From NCBI GenBank assembly GCA_045541375.1, contig JAZQJB010000144.1:87493-151492 (forward strand): a stretch of 64,000 nucleotides of DNA, in the 5' to 3' direction. A model generated the notes under the pieces. The model was not told the origin of the DNA. It saw only the letters and a list, made by a program, of their open reading frames with translations, and searched no databases. This document shows positions 58,458-64,000 of the stretch, in pieces (the stretch's first letter is position 1; each line of letters opens with the position of its first letter). The position numbers and the translations under genes are program-made. Origin of the DNA: Eubacteriales bacterium (lineage in GTDB: Bacteria > Bacillota > Clostridia > Oscillospirales > CAG-272).

Positions 58458-60113
58458 ATGAAAAATATTGATTTTAAGAAGATTTTGATAATTACTATAG
58501 GCATTATACTTCTGTTTGTTCCTACGTACATAGCTATTGCGAGTTATAACAGCCAAAAGCCTTCTGAAAATCTTCCAACAGTATCCACGTTAACCATTAA
58601 CGATCCCGAAGGAAGAACCCACACTGTTAAGTCTGATAATGATGAGAACGGTATCTTCGAAATGTTCAACCAGATCAATTCCAGCGGTACTCCGGTCTCT
58701 TCTCTTCCCGATTCGCTCGCTGGCAGCGGCTTTCTTCTTGTAACTTTCTCGACGCCCGATTCCGATCTTTCTTATAAGTACTATTTTACCACAAATTCTT
58801 CCGAATGCTATTATACCGATCCTACCGGCAAGATATATAAGATTGCCGTAAATCAGGCAAAAGCTTTCCTTGGCTCTTCTTATTCGGTATACCTTTATAA
58901 AACAGCCACACCGCCTGTTTTAACTGCTTCAGGAACTCATACTATTTCTGCATCATCGATGGAATGGTATTATCTTGTTTCGGGAGGAACTTATCAGCAA
59001 TTCGAATATACTCCCTCAAACAACGAAGACCTTACATATGACGTTGGAAACAATTTCACGTTCAGCTTCAGCATAGCTCCTTCCGATTCTAATCTTAAAG
59101 TTTTCAATTCTGATGAACTCCTGTATGACGGTGGAATCAATGATCTTCATGATCTGAAGCTTTCCCGAAACTCCACACTCAGATTTTTGATCACGGCAAG
59201 CTGGGCTCAGGCAAGTGAGACCGAATACTACGGAAGTGCCGAATATGAATTCAATGCACTTGTTCTTGCACCCGCTGAATTCAAGCTCGGCGAATCTGCA
59301 ATTGAGCATGGCGATATTGTAGCTCTTTCCGGTGTAAACGTAACAAATCCGGATGATATCAAGGTATCGTTCGAGCCTGCTCTCGATAACTCTTTCACTC
59401 CGAAATTCTATAAAGACGGTGAATATGTTCACGCTTTAATTCCCTTTAGCTATGATGTAGCAAACGGCGAATACAAGATAACGGTAACTTACGGTATTAC
59501 AACTCAAACTTTCGATCTTACTGTCGGGGAATCAAGATACGGATTCAACAAAGCTGCTACAAAATACGGTGCAAGTGAAGCTGTAATCTCAACCTTCTAT
59601 GCTGAAGAAGACATTGCCGCCTACAATAAGGTCAGATCCGAGATCTGCAGTTCCTCCGAAGAATTGAAATATTTTTCCGGGGCTTTCATTAATTATGAAA
59701 CTGCAGGAACTCTTACATCCAAAAAATCAACAATTAAACTGGGATTCACAAGAGAAAATATTCTTAAGGATGGCAGAACATTTAAACACACGGGAATTGA
59801 TTTTGAGGCTACAGCAGGAATTGATGTTCCGGCGATGTCCAGCGGAAAAGTTGTTTATGCAGGATTCTGCGACGTGCTTGGCAATTTTGTAGTTGTTGAT
59901 CACGGATACGGACTCAAGACCTGGTATGCACATCTCAGCGAGATTTCAGTTTCTGTCGGTGATGTTGTCAGAACTTCTCAGAGTCTTGGAAAGACCGGAA
60001 ATACCGGATTTATCATTGACAATAGATTACACATAGAATTTACTCTCGGAAATATTTCCATCGCCCCCTTTTCAATTTGGGACGAAGGTATTATCCTTTC
60101 CTCTTTTAACTGA
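58458..60113 (+). CDS. Membrane-anchored M23 (LytM) family metallopeptidase
   Basis: N-terminal TM helix. The C-terminal LytM core reads HTGIDFEA ... VVVDHGYGLKTWYAHLSEI ... LHIEF. Confidence 0.88.
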   Translation: MKNIDFKKILIITIGIILLFVPTYIAIASYNSQKPSENLPTVSTLTINDPEGRTHTVKSDNDENGIFEMFNQINSSGTPVSSLPDSLAGSGFLLVTFSTPDSDLSYKYYFTTNSSECYYTDPTGKIYKIAVNQAKAFLGSSYSVYLYKTATPPVLTASGTHTISASSMEWYYLVSGGTYQQFEYTPSNNEDLTYDVGNNFTFSFSIAPSDSNLKVFNSDELLYDGGINDLHDLKLSRNSTLRFLITASWAQASETEYYGSAEYEFNALVLAPAEFKLGESAIEHGDIVALSGVNVTNPDDIKVSFEPALDNSFTPKFYKDGEYVHALIPFSYDVANGEYKITVTYGITTQTFDLTVGESRYGFNKAATKYGASEAVISTFYAEEDIAAYNKVRSEICSSSEELKYFSGAFINYETAGTLTSKKSTIKLGFTRENILKDGRTFKHTGIDFEATAGIDVPAMSSGKVVYAGFCDVLGNFVVVDHGYGLKTWYAHLSEISVSVGDVVRTSQSLGKTGNTGFIIDNRLHIEFTLGNISIAPFSIWDEGIILSSFN

Positions 60114-60120
60114 GTATTAA

Positions 60121-60160
60121 AATGCAGGTTTCTCGGATTTTTCGAGAAGCCTGCATTTTT
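60121..60160 (+). terminator. Intrinsic terminator after the M23 peptidase gene
   Basis: 15-bp stem AATGCAGGTTTCTCG / CGAGAAGCCTGCATT, followed by TTTTT. Confidence 0.85.
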
Positions 60161-60246
60161 ACTATTAAACATTTGCTGACTAGTGAGTCTGAATAGAATA
60201 CTGTTATATAATTCTACACAGGCTAATATAGCTTACAAATGAAATT

Positions 60247-60264
60247 TTGTGAACTATTTGTGAA
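60247..60264 (+). repeat. Tandem direct repeat TTGTGAA x2 with 11-bp periodicity, just upstream of the -35 element (candidate operator)
   Basis: TTGTGAA at 60247-60253 and at 60258-60264. The extended form is TTTGTGAAnT. Confidence 0.35.
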
Positions 60265-60279
60265 TTGTAGAAAAACTTC

Positions 60280-60308
60280 TTGACAACTTAATAAATTTGT
60301 GATATTAT
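60280..60308 (+). promoter_or_regulatory. Sigma-A promoter of the T-box operon
   Basis: TTGACA (60280-60285), 17-nt spacer, TGA-TATTAT (-10 at 60303-60308). Confidence 0.65.
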
Positions 60309-60329
60309 TTATTTATATTTTTAATAAAA

Positions 60330-60586
60330 GGCATTGATAGGGATGTCATGATATAAGTTTGTTGCAGAGAGCCGTCATATTGGTGAAAGACGGTACAAAA
60401 TGTATCACGTTCGTCGCCCTGGAGCCGAGGAAAAGAAAGTTGAATATACAACCGTAGAATTCCTCCGTATTGCTGCGTTAAAGCATAAATTAAGCGGCGC
60501 GTGTGCGCAATTTGAGTGGTACCGCGGGTATTGAATTTTGGTTCAGCTCGTCTCAAGAAGTTTTCTTGGGGCGAGCTTGCTTTTTT
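60330..60586 (+). promoter_or_regulatory. T-box riboswitch leader (tRNA-responsive transcription attenuator)
   Basis: AGAGAG bulge (60366-71), distal hairpin with TGGTGAAA loop, stem II GAGGAA/TTCCTC, F-box GCGTTA (60475-80), stem III GCGC-GTGT-GCGC, T-box core AATTTGAGTGGTACCGCG (60509-26), and a 15-bp terminator (60545-77) followed by TGCTTTTTT. Confidence 0.85.
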
Positions 60587-60596
60587 AGGAGGTACA

Positions 60597-62878
60597 ATGA
60601 ATAACATTTTTGAAATTGATAAGCAAATAAAAGCAATGGCAGGCAGAATTGCCGCTTTGCGAGAGATCGAGGGGTACTCAGCCGAATATATGGCAGAGCA
60701 AACAGGTATTTCTGTCGCAGAATATCTCGATTGCGAAGCCGGTCGGGCTGATCTAACATTCGCATTTCTGTTCAGATGCGCATCTGCTCTGGGGATCGAC
60801 GTAACCGAAATTATAGAAGGTACGGCGCCCAGACTGAAATCATACACTTTGACACGAAAAGGCCGTGGTCAGCGTATAGAGCAGGCGCACGGAATGACTT
60901 ATTACAATATCGCTCATTCCTTTGCAAACAGAACTTCGAACCCACTATACGTTCACTGTGAGTATTCGGAAAAGGCCGAGTCTTCTCCTATTGCAGTAAC
61001 GACACACGCAGGTCAGGAATGTGATATCGTAATCAAAGGTCGGCTAAAGGTTCAGGTAGGTGAACACACCGAAATTCTTGAGGAAGGCGACAGTATTTAC
61101 TACGACAGCTCAACACCTCACGGTATGATAGCTATCGGAGGCGAAGATTGCTACTTTTACGCCATCGTTCTCCTCCCAGATGGGAATCAGGATGAAAACA
61201 AGATCGTCACACTTGAAGCTACACCCGCCAAAAAGCGCGACACAGAAACACGTGTTTACAGCAAATTCATTACTACCGAAGAAAACGAAAACGGTGCTCC
61301 GATTTCGATTAACTTCAAGGGTGAAAACAGCTTTAACTTCGCCTATGATATCGTTGATACGCTTGGAAGATCCAAACCTGATAAACTAGCCATCATGCAC
61401 GTTGCAGATGACGGTGCAGAGTCCAGAATTACATTCTCACAAGTAAAACGTGCTTCAGCACAGTGTGCGAACTATTTTAAGTCCCTTGGCATCAAACGAG
61501 GCGACAAGGTAATGCTCGTTTTGAAGAGAAGATACCAGTTCTGGTATGCAATGATCGGTCTTCATAAACTCGGCGCTGTAGCTATTCCTGCAACAAACCA
61601 GCTAAAGGAACACGATTACGAATACAGATTCAATACAGCAGGCGTTAAAGCTATCATCTGCGTTGATGACGACTATGTCATCGAGCAAGCCGAGGCTGCA
61701 CTTGCAAAATGCCCCGACGTCAGCATCAAGCTGCTTGTCGGAAGCGAACGCGAGGGTTGGAGAAACTTTAACGAAGAGTACACATTGTTCAGCAGTCATT
61801 TTGAGAGAACCGATGATTCTCCTTGCGGCGATGATCCGATGCTGATGTACTTTACTTCCGGCACCTCAGGTTATCCCAAGATTGCCCTTCACAACTATAA
61901 GTATCCTCTCGGTCATTTCATACAGCGAAGTATTGGCATTGTGTCAACCCCGACGGATTACATCTTACCATTTCCGATACCGGATGGGCTAAAGCAATGT
62001 GGGGCAAGCTTTATGGAGCATGGCTTTGCGAAGCAGCGATATTTGTTTATGACTTTGACAGATTTGATGCATCGAAGATACTTCCTCTATTCCGTAAGTA
62101 TAATATTACAACATTCTGTGCGCCTCCCACGATGTATAGAATGATCATCAAAGAAGATCTTTCGAAATACGACCTCAGCTCGATCGAGCACGCAACTATT
62201 GCGGGCGAAGCTCTCAATCCTGAGGTATTCCGTCAGTTTGAAAAGCAGACGGGACTCAAGATCATGGAAGGTTTCGGACAGAGCGAAACCACATTGGTTA
62301 TCGGTAATCTTGTTGGCAAGTCTCATAAGATCGGATCAATGGGTAAACCCGTACCGATTTATAACGTTGATCTTGTTGATCCCGATGGCAACAGCGTCGG
62401 AATCGGTGATCCCGGTGAGATAGTCATTCATACTGAAAACGGAGCGCCTTGCGGTCTGTTCTGCGAATACTATAACACTCCCGAAAAAACCGCAGAGGTT
62501 TGGCACGACGGTGTATATCACACCGGTGACCTTGCTTGGCGCGACGAGGACGGATTCTTCTGGTATGTCGGACGAGCTGACGACGTTATTAAATCTTCCG
62601 GATACCGAATCGGTCCGTTTGAGATTGAAAGCGTTATTATGGAGCTTCCTTACGTTCTTGAATGCGGTGTTTCCGCTGCTCCCGATGAGATCAGAGGACA
62701 GATAGTCAAGGCAAGTATCGTTCTTACAAAGGGTACCGAGCCTACCGAAGAACTCAAGAAAGATATTCAGAATTACGTCAAGAAGCGCACTGCACCTTAC
62801 AAGTACCCCAGACTTGTAGAATTCAAGTCTGAACTTCCCAAGACTACAAGCGGCAAAATAATCCGCAGCAAACTCTAA
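60597..62878 (+). pseudogene. PuuR-like HTH(XRE)-cupin domain fused to an AMP-forming (ACSM/MACS-like) acyl-CoA synthetase, interrupted by a 1-nt frameshift near 61916-61922
   Basis: Starts at the ATG at 60597 with RBS AGGAGG. Residues 1-70 are an XRE HTH, about 95-190 a cupin, and from about 236 an AMP-binding domain (YFTSGTSGYPK). Frame A carries ...YKYPLGHF, and the -1 frame continues with HTAKYWHCVNPDGLHLTISDTGWAKAMWGKLYG... to the stop at 62878. One extra T in the TTT run restores a 760-aa ORF. Confidence 0.8.
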
Positions 62879-62880
62879 TC

Positions 62881-63555
62881 ATGAAAAACAAACGATTAAC
62901 CCTTTTCGCAGGGCATTACGGTAGCGGAAAGACCAACGTAGCTTTGAATTACGCATTTCTATTAAAAACAGCCGGGCACGATACCGTTATTGCTGATATA
63001 GACACTGTTAACCCATATTTCAGAACCAAAGATAGTGCCAAAGAGCTTGAAGAAGCCGGCATAGAACTGATTGCATCAGAATTCGCAGGCTCCAACGTTG
63101 ACCTTCCTGCGCTTCCTGCTGCAATGTACGATATCATATTTGAGTCAAATAAATATGCAGTTATCGACATTGGCGGCGATGATCGCGGAGCGTTTGCACT
63201 TGGTCGATATACACCGGAAATTCTGAGAGAAAACAATTACAGCATGCTGATGGTCATAAATATGTATCGACCGTTAACGTCAACACCTGAAGATACGGTA
63301 GAGATTTTAAAAGAGATCGAATCAGCATCAGGTATTCCCTTCACCGGGCTTGTTAACAATTCAAATCTTGGTATTGCAACCACTCCCAAAACTCTTGAAT
63401 CTTCTTTTTCTTACGCGAAAGAAGTATCAAAGCTTTCAGGATTGCCGATTGTTGCAACAAGTTGCCCTGATACAAGCGAATTCTATAACATCACTACTTT
63501 TGGTGATGAAAATGGTGATTTAATTAAACTTAAACTCCAAAATAAAATAGTATAA
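62881..63555 (+). CDS. P-loop NTPase (MinD/CooC-like SIMIBI-type ATP-binding protein), function unknown
   Basis: 224 aa with Walker A GHYGSGKT and a Walker-B-like VIDIGGDD. It starts 2 nt after the ligase stop. Confidence 0.65.
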   Translation: MKNKRLTLFAGHYGSGKTNVALNYAFLLKTAGHDTVIADIDTVNPYFRTKDSAKELEEAGIELIASEFAGSNVDLPALPAAMYDIIFESNKYAVIDIGGDDRGAFALGRYTPEILRENNYSMLMVINMYRPLTSTPEDTVEILKEIESASGIPFTGLVNNSNLGIATTPKTLESSFSYAKEVSKLSGLPIVATSCPDTSEFYNITTFGDENGDLIKLKLQNKIV

Positions 63556-63566
63556 GGAGAAAACAA

Positions 63567-63773
63567 ATGGCTAAATTAACGTTTAATATTGAAAAATGCA
63601 AGGGATGCGGACTTTGTGTATCTGCGTGCCCCAAGCACCTTTTGATAGTTTCCAAATCAAAAATCAATCAAAAAGGACATTACGTTGCAGAAATTACCGA
63701 TATGGATTCCTGCATCGGTTGCGCATTCTGTGCAACAATGTGTCCCGACTGCATAATCAAGGTAGAAAAATAA
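63567..63773 (+). CDS. 2-oxoacid:ferredoxin oxidoreductase delta subunit (2x[4Fe-4S] ferredoxin)
   Basis: 68 aa with two cluster motifs, [12 protein letters not shown] and [21 protein letters not shown]. Confidence 0.85.
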   Translation: MAKLTFNIEKCKGCGLCVSACPKHLLIVSKSKINQKGHYVAEITDMDSCIGCAFCATMCPDCIIKVEK

Positions 63774-63786
63774 GGAGGAAGTAATT

Positions 63787-64000
63787 ATGGCTGATAAAGT
63801 TTTAATGAAAGGTAACGAAGCCATCGCCGAAGCGGCAATAATGGCGGGTTGCAGACACTATTTCGGATATCCAATCACCCCTCAGACTGAAATTGCCGCA
63901 TATATGGCAAAAAGAATGCCCAAGATCGGCGGTACTTTCCTTCAGGCAGAAAGCGAAGTTGCTGCTATTAATATGGTAATCGGTGTTGCTTCTGCCGGAA
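63787..64000 (+). CDS. 2-oxoacid:ferredoxin oxidoreductase alpha subunit (KorA/VorB type), 3'-truncated by the window edge
   Basis: My own translation is [81 protein letters not shown]. It is absent from the ORF track because no stop falls inside the window. Confidence 0.85.
   Translation, partial: MADKVLMKGNEAIAEAAIMAGCRHYFGYPITPQTEIAAYMAKRMPKIGGTFLQAESEVAAINMVIGVASAG

Noticed and set aside
60305-60847. 180-aa minus-strand ORF and the 60516 TTG-extended start of the plus-strand ORF
   Set aside because: Both run through the T-box leader and terminator. The real start is the ATG at 60597, behind AGGAGG.
61910-61925. Programmed -1 ribosomal frameshift in the ligase gene
   Set aside because: There is no X-XXY-YYZ slippery heptamer and no obvious downstream stimulatory structure. 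A one-base change in a T-run is the simpler explanation.
1-64000. CRISPR arrays, transposases, integrases, phage genes, toxin-antitoxin pairs, rRNA/tRNA genes
   Set aside because: None were found. There are no repeat-spacer periodicity, no IS-type terminal inverted repeats and no recombinase-like ORFs. The only tRNA-like structure is the tmRNA.

Overview
This is a 64-kb core-chromosome window from a low-GC, endospore-forming Firmicute of the class Clostridia. The lineage call is an inference from PolC, spoIIID, ylmC/ymxH, a pdaA-like gene, DUF1540, a T-box leader and an AT-rich genome with strong GGAGG ribosome-binding sites (RBS). I found no mobile elements, CRISPR arrays, rRNA or tRNA genes. 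The content is almost entirely housekeeping. In order it runs polA (3' part), a glutaminase-like DUF4965 protein and lysA; then on the minus strand tauE-proB-proA-proC; smpB with tmRNA (ssrA, which the ORF track does not call); apgM-lepB-rbgA-rnhB-yraN-thrC; tig-clpP-clpX; and a sporulation-flavoured patch (Cys-rich protein, spoIIID, two NodB deacetylases, a lipoprotein of the endonuclease/exonuclease/phosphatase (EEP) family). A long minus-strand block follows (polC-ispG-rseP-dxr-cdsA-uppS-frr-pyrH-tsf-rpsB), then a tightly packed 11-gene minus-strand block from ruvC to ylmC, then yfhO-ruvA-ruvB, an SDR oxidoreductase and an M23 peptidase. Several ORF-track starts are too far upstream; I re-set them using RBS positions and conserved N-termini. 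The most interesting locus is at the right end (60.28-64.0 kb). A complete T-box (tRNA-sensing) leader precedes a PuuR-like HTH-cupin domain fused to an AMP-forming acyl-CoA synthetase. That gene is interrupted by a single-base frameshift in a T-run. It is followed by a P-loop NTPase and the delta and alpha subunits of a 2-oxoacid:ferredoxin oxidoreductase, which the window edge cuts off. I interpret this locus as a tRNA-gated route that makes an amino acid by reductive carboxylation of an organic acid. This is a hypothesis, not a demonstrated function. Secondary items are a P-type-ATPase homologue in which every catalytic motif I could locate is degenerate, next to a ClpE-like unfoldase; a roughly 9% cysteine protein with a CCCCCC run beside spoIIID; a structured rpsB 5' leader; and a 270-nt unexplained non-coding stretch. 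All calls come from reading the sequence and the ORF translations. No searches were run.
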